This document shows positions 12,101 to 22,349 of a stretch of DNA of 64,000 bases, piece by piece. The position numbers were made by a program, and so were the translations under genes. The stretch's first letter is position 1. Each line of letters begins with the position of its first letter. Below the pieces are notes generated by a model, which saw only the letters and a list, made by a program, of their open reading frames with translations, did not search any database and was not told the DNA's origin. This DNA comes from Macrostomum lignano (taxonomy: Eukaryota). The stretch lies in contig NIVC01003631.1 in assembly GCA_002269645.1 (NCBI GenBank), positions 1 to 64,000 on the forward strand, given 5' to 3'.

Positions 12101-13710
12101 TAATTCTTTCCCCGAAAAAATCTGATATTAATATTCTACTGACCTTCTCTTTGGGTCCCTCGCGCCTCTCCATCGCCTGATTGAGCGCCCTAAGCCAAGC
12201 GTTTACGAAGTCGTCTCCACCTCCGCCGCTGCCGTCAGTTTGATCAACGGCGCCTCGGTTGAGAAAGTACCACGTGACCAGGGTGTTTAACCAGCGACAG
12301 GTTTCGCCATCTGCCGCGGCAGTTGTCAAGCCGTCAGCTCCGGTTGTCATCGGTGACGCGTTTGAGCCAGTCCGGCCCAACCGACGATAGAAAGCGCGCG
12401 CCTTGAGATCGGATGATGAGGGTAGATGTTGGGTCTCGACTTCTCAGCTGGTAGTATCTCCTCTGTAAGAGTGTCTCATGAATCCTCAGTGTCCTCTGTA
12501 AGAGTGTCTCATGAATCCTCAGTGTCCTCTGTAAGAGTGTCTCATGAATCCTCAGTGTCCTCTGTAAGTGTCTCATGAATCATCAGTGTCCTCTGTAAGA
12601 CTGTCTCATGAATCCTCAGTGTCCTCTGTAAGAGTGTCTCATGAATCATCTGAGTGTCTCATGAATCATCTGAGTGTCTCATGAATCCTCAGTGTCCTCT
12701 GTGAGAGTGTCTCATGAATCCTCTGAGTGTCTCATGAATCATCTGAGTGTCTCATGAATCCTCAGTGTCCTCTGTAAGAGTGTCTCATGAATCATCTGAG
12801 TGTCTCATGAATCATCTGAGTGTCTCATGAATCCTCAGTGTCCTCTGTAAGAGTGTCTCATGAATCCTCTGAGTGTCTCATGAATCATCTGAGTGTCTCA
12901 TGAATCATCTGAGTGTCTTATGAATCATCTGAGTGTCTCATGAATCCTCAGTGTCCTCTGTAAGAGTGTCTCATGAATCATCAGTGTCCTCTGTAAGAGT
13001 GTCTCATGAATCCTCAGTGTCCTCTGTAAGAGTGTCTCATGAATCCTCAGTGTCCTCTGTAAGAGTGTCTCACGAATCATCTGTGTCTCATGAATCATCT
13101 GAGTGTCTCATGAATCATCTGAGTGTCTCATGAATCATCTGAGTGTCTCATGAATCATCTGAGTGACTCATGAATCATCTGAGTGTCTCATGAATCATCT
13201 GAGTGTCTCATGAATCCTCAGTGTCCTCTGTAAGAGTGTCTCATGAATCGTCAGTGTCCTCTGTAAGTAACTCACGAAATCTGAGTTCTTCCTAAGACCC
13301 CGAGTCTTCCCTAAGGACCGCAACTCATAAATCCTGAATTTTGACAAAGAAGAATCTCCTCCCGACCTAAATAGGACTACAGTATATTATAACTGAGTCT
13401 TAACTCTGAGTACACAATGAGCCATGAATAAACAGCCTTATGATTTAAGAGTAATTAGTCCCTATCTCAAGGGTAACTCAGGAGAAAATGCAGCTCAGCG
13501 CACAGATAACTGTCTCACCCAGGCCAGCCAGCTGAGTCCCAGGGCCAGCGCGGTCCCGGACCAGCAGTCCCTGTTTGGCAGCAGCGCGGCCAGCAGGACG
13601 ACGGCCAGCCCGAAGGCGCACCAGCCGAGAAAGATGACGTCAAGAATGTCGGCACTGGCCCAGGCCTCGCCCAGCTTGTACCAGACTAGGTGAGCAGTGA
13701 TGTCTGCCAT
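137..13710 (-). CDS. C2CD2: C2CD2/TMEM24-like protein (N-terminal TM, SMP-like domain, C2 domain, low-complexity tail), ~740 aa. Exons (minus): 13710-13519, ~12462/12434-12144, 11022-10933, 10619-10512, 7994-7542, 5465-5191, 4738-4281, 3638-3540, 3013-2912, and tentatively 1478-1402 and 208-137
   Basis: Hydrophobic N-terminus (MADITAHLVWYKLGEAW..DVIFLGWCAFGLAVVLLAALL). SMP-type motifs ETCRWLNTLVTWYF, FVNAWLRALN, FEELLVGSLPPK. C2 motifs RRLLVKVVKAGGL and ELDKPQQRHET..STNPYWDQHFVF..ELLGAAALPL..SITLELLF. Junctions from 12144 to 2912 are GT-AG and phase-consistent. The 5' boundary of exon 2 is unresolved (see findings). The last two exons rest on splice signals and phase only. Family name is by motif recognition, no search run. 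Confidence 0.75.
672..1030 (+). mobile_element. tRNA-derived CORE-type SINE with (ATT)n tail
   Basis: Pol III A-box-like CCTAGTGGTTGG (~674-685) and B box GGTTCGATTCC (716-726). Segment 746-806 TGTGTCCTTGAGCAAGACATTTAA..CTTCAGTTTATCCACCTGTAAAATGGG resembles the MIR/CORE consensus. 9-bp stem-loop at 919-942, then an ATT-repeat tail at ~950-1030. Confidence 0.7.
1760..2590. repeat. ~36-bp C-rich minisatellite (TCAGACACCTCAGTGTGTCGCCTCCACCCCTCCCCC), ~23 copies, two variant blocks
   Basis: Direct reading; variant CAGACCCCTCACTGTGTCGTCT dominates after ~2185. Confidence 0.95.
3072..3143 (+). pseudogene. Degenerate tRNA-like / SINE-head sequence
   Basis: B box GGTTCGAATCC at 3123-3133 and an A-box-like TAGCTTGGCGGTAAG, spaced as in a tRNA. 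Acceptor and anticodon stems pair poorly. Confidence 0.25.
4810..5160. repeat. 9-bp tandem repeat ACAGCACCT/ACAGCATCT filling intron 4739-5190
   Basis: Direct reading. Confidence 0.95.
5576..6367. repeat. 37-bp minisatellite AATGTACGCACACGCTCCAAAACGAAGTCTATCCCTC, ~21 copies
   Basis: Direct reading; near-identical units. Confidence 0.95.
7008..7340. repeat. 65-66-bp tandem repeat, ~5 copies
   Basis: AGTCTCT.. recurs at 7011, 7076, 7142, 7208. Confidence 0.9.
8125..9345. repeat. 45/52-bp minisatellite (GCATGTGCGCACACTGATGATAAGTACACAGGCCTCTGTGTTGGA +/- GAATGGA or GCATGGA), ~24 units
   Basis: Direct reading; three junction variants. Confidence 0.95.
10723..10893. repeat. Degenerate 50-54-bp tandem repeat, ~3.3 copies
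   Basis: CACCTCA/CC recurs at 10723, 10773, 10827, 10880, each with a downstream AAATTTA..ACTGAC. Confidence 0.75.
11556..12060. repeat. 46-bp minisatellite (CAGGGACAGGGTATAAGGGACGACACTTGTCAGAT..), ~11 copies
   Basis: GACACTTGTC recurs every 46 bp. Confidence 0.95.
12463..13266. repeat. Mixed 20-bp (GAGTGTCTCATGAATCATCT) and 33-bp (AGAGTGTCTCATGAATCCTCAGTGTCCTCTGTA) array abutting C2CD2 exon 2
   Basis: Direct reading. Confidence 0.95.
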
Positions 13711-14770
13711 GTTGGTTTTGCCAACAATCAAAATTTATTACCGAGTTGAGCTCAGTATTTTTGCATGCAGTGATGCAATTGTGCATAATATCTATTTTAT
13801 CTTTAATTTATTAGTTTTTTGTTGAAAATCGAATATTATCCACCATGACTTCTAGTAGGCCAAGCATCAAAACCGTAAAGCAAAAATTATAAAAAAAGTA
13901 TTCTGATAGAAAAATTCTGGTTATTCCATTGAAAAAAACTGGCAGGAACTCTACAAGATTTTACCCTAGCTCAAAACATGGTGCAAGACAAATTAATAAA
14001 CTAGGCCAAAAAACTATAGTAACAATAAAAGTTCTAGTGGGGTTTGGTTTGGTCAACTTCAAGCACACAAAATTCAAGAAGCATATAACACATATTGTAT
14101 TTCTACGATTAAAACCATAAAGGGAATATAAAACAAGCAATACATAATATTACTAATTGCTGATGCCTAAATTAAAAGTAATAAGTACAAAAAGGCCTAA
14201 TAAAAATAATTGGATTTCATGTAAAATTTTAGGAAATGCTAGGCTCTCAACTGTCATCCTTCATGTTTTTTATAATTTAATATTTAAATATTTAGGTATT
14301 AGGTACTAAATTATCACAATTCTATTTGCAGCTTAAAAAATAGGAGAATAATAATGATGCCCTTATACTTAACCGATGGTAAATTAACATTAAAAATATA
14401 AAAAATATAATAAAGATGTGAAAGAAATGTTTTAATCGGCATATGATGCTGTAAAAAGCTTTCGCACGTTTAAATATTATAGTAGGTTACAGCTTATGGG
14501 CCGGAAGTAAAACACGAGACGGAGTGATATTCTAGCAACCCTGCAGAGGTGTCGAAAATAAAAAATCCTCAGGAAATGGCTATGTCAAAATTGAAAGCAC
14601 GAAATTAGAGAAAAATTAAAAAATTTTGGTTAGTGAATGTAAATAGCAGAAAGAACTATTTAAATGGGTTTGATATTGATTGCTATGCATTTCTGACGTT
14701 TTTGAAAAAATGTGTCGATATTTTTGTTAACGAAAGTCAATTTCAAAGAGTTCACTTACAATACCTGTAA

Positions 14771-14821
14771 CAAGGACGACTTAAGACAAGTAGTCCTTAA
14801 GTAGTACTTAAGTCGTCCTTG
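14771..14821. mobile_element. 51-bp micro-MITE with perfect 15-bp TIRs and an 8-bp TSD (hAT- or P-type termini)
   Basis: CAAGGACGACTTAAG (14771-14785) is the exact reverse complement of CTTAAGTCGTCCTTG (14807-14821). ACCTGTAA flanks it on both sides (14763-14770 and 14822-14829). Confidence 0.8.
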
Positions 14822-15979
14822 ACCTGTAACTGTACATCCCGCATAGAAAATGAAAGCCATATTCCTAGTTTAAAATCACTCTATTCTTCCATGTTAGCCA
14901 ACAATATTTCAGCTCGTAACGTGGGGTATTTGAGGATAAGATCTACCGACAATCCGAAGAATTGAAGATAAGAACTCCTGGCTGAGCATGGCCTTGATAT
15001 GTGCGCAATTATAGCGTGATATTCTTTTACGTAATTCTTGAACTTGGAATTTGCACCCAAACTAAGTTTTTGTGCACAATTTGTAGTAACCAGTTACCAC
15101 CACCCAGTACAGTAGCTAGCTGTTTTATTTTGTCTAGTGACTTTATACATGTAACATGCCTTAAAATTTTTAGAGGCTGCTGAAGCTGACATGAAAGCCA
15201 CATGCCTTGCTTTCTTTTTATTTTAGGCTTTAGCAACTAGTAACTAGACTGTGTTTATAGCTTTAGTGTTACAGTTTAAATTATGGCTTAGAAATAATAA
15301 TTTGACCCTAAGCCCCATAGCCCCTGGCTAGCTGGCCTAAGCTCAATTCAAGGTCTAATTGATATATTTCCTAGACTATTTCAGTTTAGTTATTAGTATA
15401 AGTTTCTGAACATCAAGAATAAAATAATAGACTAATAAAGTATACAGATTGTATTATTAATTCAATAAGGCTAGGCCTATAAAGCCATATACAATGTACA
15501 TGCCTTATCTTCTATTTATTTATATTATAGACCCAGTTGATAAAATTTTGTTTTTATGCAGTTTTGAAATGAAACTTTTTTATTTTATGCTATAGATATC
15601 AAGAATCAAGATATGTTTTTTGGTGGAGTATTACATACATTGTTATAATTAAATTTTTCTTAGACTTAGGCCTATAATATCTATAGCCCATAGTCAGGAA
15701 AAAGGCATGTATGCCAGAAATTTCCAAGGTACACTTAAGAAATTTGGCATATATGTTGCTATACAAAAAGTGATTTTGAGCTTTTGGTATATGTTTAATA
15801 TCTTGGTATAATATATACTATAAAATTGACAACATTATATTATTTATAATAGTTACAATAGTTACATACATTATAATTAAAAAATTATCATTTATTTATT
15901 ATTTATATTAATATTATAGTACAGCATTACATTAGTATAGTTTGTTCACAAAATTATTTCTGCTATAGATTCATTATTA

Positions 15980-16928
15980 TTAGTAATAATGATAGATCCA
16001 GTATAGGATGTTGGCAAATATTGCTTCTGGATCTCTATGTGCACACCGTCATATGAACTCCTAAATATAGGACTCAAAGAGCTCACTCAAAGTCTCTTTA
16101 AGCTGCTGGAACTTGGCTTTATAGTGAGTCCATATGCCTTCAATAGTGTTTATATGCAGGGTTGGGTCATTTGGATCTACAAAATGTAGGCGATAGTTGA
16201 CAAACTGATGGTTGGCAAGCTAGTTGTAAGCTTTTCAGCTATCAATGAGGATTCTAGTACCTGGTAGGATATGCTGTTGGATGATGGGCAGCATAATATT
16301 GGCAGTCCTATCAGGCACCCTGACTATTATGCACTTGTTGGTCCCTCTCTCCACCATTCCAAGGACCCAATGACCCTCTTTCCAGTCACCTTGGATATTA
16401 TTTCCAATTGAAGAATTTGCTCTCATCAATTTCAATGGTTGAACCAGGTCTGCCCAATTGCACAAACTGGCTGCAGATGTCTTGGACAAAGTTAAGCCAA
16501 TCAATAGCAGTGTGGTTGGCCATCTTGCACTTGTACATCACTATTGTCTTGCTTTTATCTCTGGCCCAGTAGTAGATCAAGGTAATGAGCTGCTGGAGTT
16601 CCAGATGGCTACATTTAAATAAATTCCCCTTATGTATATTTACCTGTGATCAACAATTCTTGCAATCCCAGGCATGCTTATCCAAGTACCATTGCTTTTC
16701 TCTACATTATAAACTCATTGATGTATCATCACCTGTATCAACAAGGCAGCCACATACTTGTTGATTGGAAATTAGGCCATATTTTGCCAATCACTGCATA
16801 GTGGCTTCCGTCATTGTTGTCACCATAAAAAGTTTGCAAGTGTTGAGCTGCAGTTAAAGAATGGCATCGTGCGGTAGTGCTTCATTCGGTGGCATTATCC
16901 AAGTTGGCCTAGGGGGACGTCCAGCCAT
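15980..16928 (-). pseudogene. Decayed Merlin (IS1595/ISXO2-like) DNA transposase
   Basis: Fragments across frames: TAIDWLNFVQDIC, GSTIEIDESKF, HWVLGMVERGTNKCIIVRVPDRTANIMLPIIQQHILPGTRILID, HFVDPNDPTLHINTIEGIW. These are ISXO2-like DDE-domain motifs. Multiple stops and frameshifts; no TIRs found. Confidence 0.85.
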
Positions 16929-18099
16929 TTTTGGTCACAGTGGTGAAATATGCTTATAAGAATACTTCTAGCTTTAGATAAAATAGATTTAGTAAAAAAT
17001 GTTTTTTGCTATTCCCCCCACTCAGCAATTATTAGATACCACACCTTTAGGCCATAGATAACTCACAAGGTAGACTTGTTCTTTGCCACGTCAGCATTAT
17101 CACTCAAATCATTGATTCAAATCTTTGGCACTGGTGCAAATTCAAATGAATGAATGAATGAATTTTATGAAATATTGCCAACCAACGTGACCATGACATT
17201 GAAATGTTGTCAGCATTATCAATCATCAAAACTAACAAAAATTCAAAGAAAAATAATTTTGCAAATGAAACTGCACTAGTGCCATAATTATTATAAAAAT
17301 GAACTTCCTTGCTATAGCCCTACTCCTGAATCTTATAATATACACTAGAAAATTCTGGTATACAATGGATGCAAAAAATAGTTGGTATAAAATATCTGGT
17401 ATGTAGAACAGTCTACTAAAAAATTGTGCCACAGATATAGCTGTTGGCATACAAAAGATAAAATTCTATAGTGCAAGTAAGGATCCTTTATTGTCCCACT
17501 GCAAAGAAGGTCCATTATATTGCAACAAAAAAGGTCATTTATTGTTCTTTATTGTATTTTGATAATGGCTAGCATATATATCATAAGTAAATTTGTTTTT
17601 TGGCATAAAATTGAATTTATAATAAAGAGGGTCACTTTTTCTAGTATATTGTGATTTGAGAGTGTGGTGCAGTGGTGCTATAGATGGTTGCAATGAGAAT
17701 ATCACATGGGATATTGGATGCATCTGGCTCTCAATTCTTATCAACTGATCACTTTTTTACTGTTCTATCTAAATTAAGAGCTTTTATCTATCATATGCAT
17801 ATATTCACTAATACATTTTATTGTATTATAATATCCAATGAACAATAGCATCAGTTTACATTCATTTTAAAGCTATTACAATTATTTTGCTGATATAGCT
17901 TAAAGCTTTAGTGCTGAAGTATGCATTATGCAGTTCTTTTATATATTTTTAATAGTTCTTTTTAACAATAATCTGGTCACTCCTTTCTAAATATAGCATT
18001 CTTAGCAACTTTTTGATGCATGCTTTGTTTGAGTATAACAATTATAAATTATATATATTTTTATTTATTAATCATCTTTTGCATGCAACTACCATCGCC

Positions 18100-19068
18100 A
18101 TGGTGGACTGCGAGTTGTGCAAAATCTGCCTACCAATTGTGGCATTCGTGGTTGCCTACTACTTTGTGCTGCCTCTGCTGGGCATCTTCTTCCGCCATCT
18201 GGTGCTCACCAAGCTCTGGAGTCAACGCCGTCAGCTGAAGAAGCTTGGCGGCTGGGCTGTGGTGACTGGCTCCACCGATGGCATTGGCAGGGCCTACGCC
18301 CGCCTGCTGGCCAAGGACGGGCTGAACATTGTGCTCATCTCCCGATCCCAGGAGAAGCTGGACGATGTAGCTAAGGAGCTGCGCGACAAGTACAGCGTGC
18401 AAGTGCGCATCATCGTGGCCGACTTCAGCCAAGTGGATGTGTACGACAGGATCGAGCGGGAGCTGTCCGGCATCGACGTGGCCTGCTTGGTGAACAATGT
18501 CGGCGTTGGCTACTCGTGGCCAACTTACCTGGCCGGTGGCCCGAAGCCGCTAGACGCTGGCGAGCTGCAGCCGATGCTGAACGTGAACTGCTCCAGCGTG
18601 GCCCGCATGACTCGCATGCTGCTGCCGAGGATGCTGCCTCGGGGCGGCGCCGTCATCAACGTGGCCTCCGGCAGCGGCCTGCAGCCGACTCCGTTCCTGT
18701 CTGCCTACTCAGCCAGCAAGGCGTATGTTGTGAATTTCTCCGAATCGGTCGCCGCCGAGGTTCGCCATCTGGCGTCGAAGGGTGGCGCGGTGAAGTCTGT
18801 CACTGTGCAGACTGTCACGCCGTTCTTTGTGGCTACAAAATTGTCTAAAATTCGTCGGGCCAGCTTCTTTGCTCCGAGTCCGGATGCGTTTGTTAGCGAG
18901 GCGCTCAATCTGCTGGGGGTTGAGCAGCTGAGTCTGGGCTGCCTGTCCCACTCGCTGCAGTACCTGTTCATGAGTCTGCTGCCCGGCTGCGTGTCTAACT
19001 ACGTCCTGTGCTCTACTATGTACTCCACTATGCAGCGTTCGCTTAAGAAGCAGGGGAAGAATAATTGA
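18100..19068 (+). CDS. Intronless classical short-chain dehydrogenase/reductase, HSD17B12 / 3-ketoacyl-CoA reductase-like, 322 aa
   Basis: N-terminal TM anchor, TGSTDGIG (TGxxxGxG), LVNNVG, INVASG, YSASK (YxxxK). ATG at 18100 (GCCATGG) is where GC-rich coding composition begins. Subfamily (HSD17B12/HSD17B3/HSDL1) cannot be fixed without a tree. Confidence 0.93.
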   Translation: MVDCELCKICLPIVAFVVAYYFVLPLLGIFFRHLVLTKLWSQRRQLKKLGGWAVVTGSTDGIGRAYARLLAKDGLNIVLISRSQEKLDDVAKELRDKYSVQVRIIVADFSQVDVYDRIERELSGIDVACLVNNVGVGYSWPTYLAGGPKPLDAGELQPMLNVNCSSVARMTRMLLPRMLPRGGAVINVASGSGLQPTPFLSAYSASKAYVVNFSESVAAEVRHLASKGGAVKSVTVQTVTPFFVATKLSKIRRASFFAPSPDAFVSEALNLLGVEQLSLGCLSHSLQYLFMSLLPGCVSNYVLCSTMYSTMQRSLKKQGKNN

Positions 19069-19267
19069 AGGAATGTGAAATTTGACTTGACCGGCCGGCT
19101 GACTGTGCGGAATTTAGATTTTACTTTGATTGATTTTCAGACGGATAGTTGACTAATTTGAAAGAAATGGAATTTTCCTGAACACTGATTTTTAGCTGTG
19201 TGCGTGCGTTGCGACTTGAATTATCTGTAGTTTCTGATTGATTGGTCATTGACTTGGCTGCCAGCAT

Positions 19268-19925
19268 AATAGATTCTCAGTTGCTGGGCCAGCCTCCCAG
19301 ATCCTCAGTTGTTGGGCCAGCCTCCCAGATCCTCAGTTGTTGGGCCAGCCTCCCAGATCCTCAGTTGCTGGGCCAGCCTCCCAGATCCTCAGTTGTTGGG
19401 CCAGCCTCCCAGATCCTCAGTTGCTGGGCCAGCCTCCCAGATCCTCAGTTGTTGGGCCAGCCTCCCAGATCCTCAGTTGCTGGGCCAGCCTCCCAGATCC
19501 TCAGTTGCTGGGCCAGCCTCCCAGATCCTCAGTTGTTGGGCCAGCCTCCCAGATCCTGAGTTGCTGGGCCAGCCTCCCAGATCCTCAGTTGCTGGGCCAG
19601 CCTCCCAGATCCTCAGTTGTTGGGCCAGCCTCCCAGATCCTCAGTTGCTGGGCCAGCCTCCCAGATCCTCAGTTGTTGGGCCAGCCTCCCAGATCCTCAG
19701 TTGTTGGGCCAGCCTCCCAGATCCTCAGTTGCTGGGCCAGCCTCCCAGATCCTCAGTTGTTGGGCCAGCCTCCCAGATCCTCAGTTGCTGGGCCAGCCTC
19801 CCAGATCCTCAGTTGCTGGGCCAGCCTCCCAGATCCTCAGTTGTTGGGCCAGCCTCCCAGATCCTCAGTTGCTGGGCCAGCCTCCCAGATCCTCAGTTGC
19901 TGAGCCAGCTTCCCAGATCCTGAGT
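19268..19925. repeat. 28-bp minisatellite GATCCTCAGTTG(C/T)TGGGCCAGCCTCCCA, ~23 copies
   Basis: Direct reading. Confidence 0.95.
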
Positions 19926-20451
19926 CGCTGGGCAAACCGATTTCATTTATTTCCAATTTCTTATTTCGCTTACCTAGATTTACACTATTTCAGTAGTTTT
20001 ACCCATTTAATTAATTGTAGTAGGAAATCTGACAACAAAGTAGTAAAAAGTTATTCGTTTATCTTAAATTTGTTTTTTGTAATTCTTAAGATCTAGAAAT
20101 TTTCTTAGTTTTTTCTATAAGTGCCGCGTTTTATTATTCTGCATTGCGTTGTACTGCAGTGCAGCTCACTTACATTTTGTGTTGTAACTCCATCAATGAG
20201 TACAATTACTATGCTCTTATTCGCTAACCGCAACAAAAATAAAATAAATTTTAATCCCAACTCGCTTTGGTTGATAATCTGTTTGAATAATTGTAGCAAC
20301 TATTGCTTTAACTGTTCTGCTCCTACTTCATTTTCCGTGCAACAAACTCTTCCAGAGTTACTCACAGTATGCAAATTAAATTATTTATAAGTATTAAGTC
20401 CGTATCTCTATCCTTCTGTGATGGTTGATGCGGTGTCTCTAAACCCTCTTT

Positions 20452-21075
20452 TTTCCAGTGATGAGATGTCTTGGGGAATCCCCTTTCCAGTGATGGGATG
20501 TCTTGGGAAATCCCCTTTCTAATGATGATGGGATGTCTTGGGGAATCCCCTTTCCAGTGATGGGATGTCTTGGGAATCCCCTTTCCAGTGATGGGATGTC
20601 TTGGGGAATCCCCTTTCCAGTGATGGGATGTCTTGGGGAATCCCCTTTCCAGTGATGAGATGTCTTGGGGAATCCCCTCTCCAGTGATGGGATGTCTTGG
20701 GGAATCCCCTTTCTAATGATGATGGGATGTCTTGGGGAATCCCCTTTCCAGTGATGGGATGTCTTGGGGAATCCCCTTTCCAGTGATGGTATGTCTTGGG
20801 GAATCCGCTTTCCAGTGATGGGATGTCTTGGGGAATCCTCTTTCCAGTGATGGTATGTCTTGGGGAATCCCCTTTCCAGTGATGGGATGTCTTAGGGAAT
20901 CCGCTTTCCAGTGATGGGATGTCTTGGGAAATCCCCTTTCCAGTGATGGGATGTCTTAGGGAATCCGCTTTCCAGTGATGGGATGTCTTGGGAAATCCCC
21001 TTTCCAATGATGGGATGTCTTAAGAATCCTCTTTCCAATAATGGGATATCTTAGGAATTCCCCTTTCCAGTGACA
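20452..21075. repeat. 32-bp minisatellite TTTCCAGTGATGGGATGTCTTGGGGAATCCCC, ~19 copies
   Basis: Direct reading; degenerates at the right edge. Confidence 0.95.
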
Positions 21076-21264
21076 AGATACCCCGTATTCTCCCACTCTC
21101 GAGTGGCGTAACATTACATTAGTATATCTGTTAGTAACCTCTTCACCAGTCTTCCACACACGGCTTCCTCCTGGCTAAGCTATGTGATGAAGACTGTGTT
21201 GCTGCTGACCACTTGGCTCATCTGGTCTCCCTACCGCCTCGCTGCTGCTTCGTCGATTGCTTCG

Positions 21265-21635
21265 CTGGCGGGAATCCTGGTGAGAAGGGGAACCCTTCAA
21301 TAGGCAGGAATCCTGGCGAGAAGGGGAACCCCTCAGTTGGCGGGAATTCTGACGGAGAGGGGAACCCCTCAGTTGGCGGGAATCCTGGCGGAGAGGGGAA
21401 CCCCTTAGCGGGAATCCTGGCGGAGAGGGGAACCCCTCAGTTGGCGGGAATCCTGGCGGAGAGGGGAACCCCTCAGTTGGCGGAAATTCTGGCGAGAGGG
21501 GAACCCCTCAGTTGGCGGAAATTCTGGCGAGAGGGAAACCCCTCAGTTGGCGGGAATCCTGGCGGAGAGGGGAACCCCTCAGTTGGCGGGAATCCTGGCG
21601 GAGAGGGGAACCCCTCAGTTGGCGGGAATCCTGGC
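21265..21635. repeat. 36-bp minisatellite GGCGGGAATCCTGGCGGAGAGGGGAACCCCTCAGTT, ~10 copies
   Basis: Direct reading. Confidence 0.9.
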
Positions 21636-22349
21636 TTCGTCGACTTCGCTTGCAAATCGCTGGGCCTACAGGGCGCAATGGCCGTCACTGCTGGCTCGCT
21701 GCCTGGCGACCTGAAAGCTGGTAGTCTGGATAGTAGTCTGGCTGGGTAGTTAAGTACGCTCGTAGTTTGATTGGCATTCAAAAGTTAGCTTTCAGCAGCC
21801 TAGACTACTGTTAGTAGCAACAGCAATCCTAAGTGCAATCTGAGCCTCCTGTCTGCCAGCCGCAGAAAGAAGGCAACAAATACAATTTCTGACTGTTGAA
21901 TCATCTGCATCTTAGCTTTTTATACGATCAGAATTTGTGCGTTAAATGTAGACCTTTTACTTATATTGCTATAAATCATAATATGAACAACTTCAAATGC
22001 ATGACATTGTTACTCAAAAGTTTTTAGCATCAAAGAAATAACAGAATTATAAATATGACGGCTTGTTCCAGCAAAATATGCGTGTGGCCTGCGCTCGTGT
22101 GCATACATACATTTGGATTCCTATTTGCGAATAGGTGACAAGTTCTTTTTCTGCAACAGAGTTGAAAAAGCATTTTCCTAGCTCTGCAATACACAGCTTA
22201 TCGCGACGGAGTAGGGCGCAAATGCAAACAAATTTTCTTACAATATGGGCGTCTCTGAATGACTTGATCATAGATTCTTACCTATTAAAGCATTAGCATG
22301 TTTGTTAATCATCTTTTTATGTCGATACCGCTAGGTACAATCAAAGCTG

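Noticed and set aside
18013-18099. Upstream start of the 351-aa SDR ORF
   Set aside because: The extension is AT-rich, non-coding in composition and starts at TTG; the ATG at 18100 has good context.
20452-21075. NF-kB-like GGGGAATCCC sites in this array (and GGGATTCCCC at 46420-46980); MRE-like TGCGCAC at 8125-9345
   Set aside because: One chance motif is multiplied by tandem amplification; there is no independent evidence of regulatory use.
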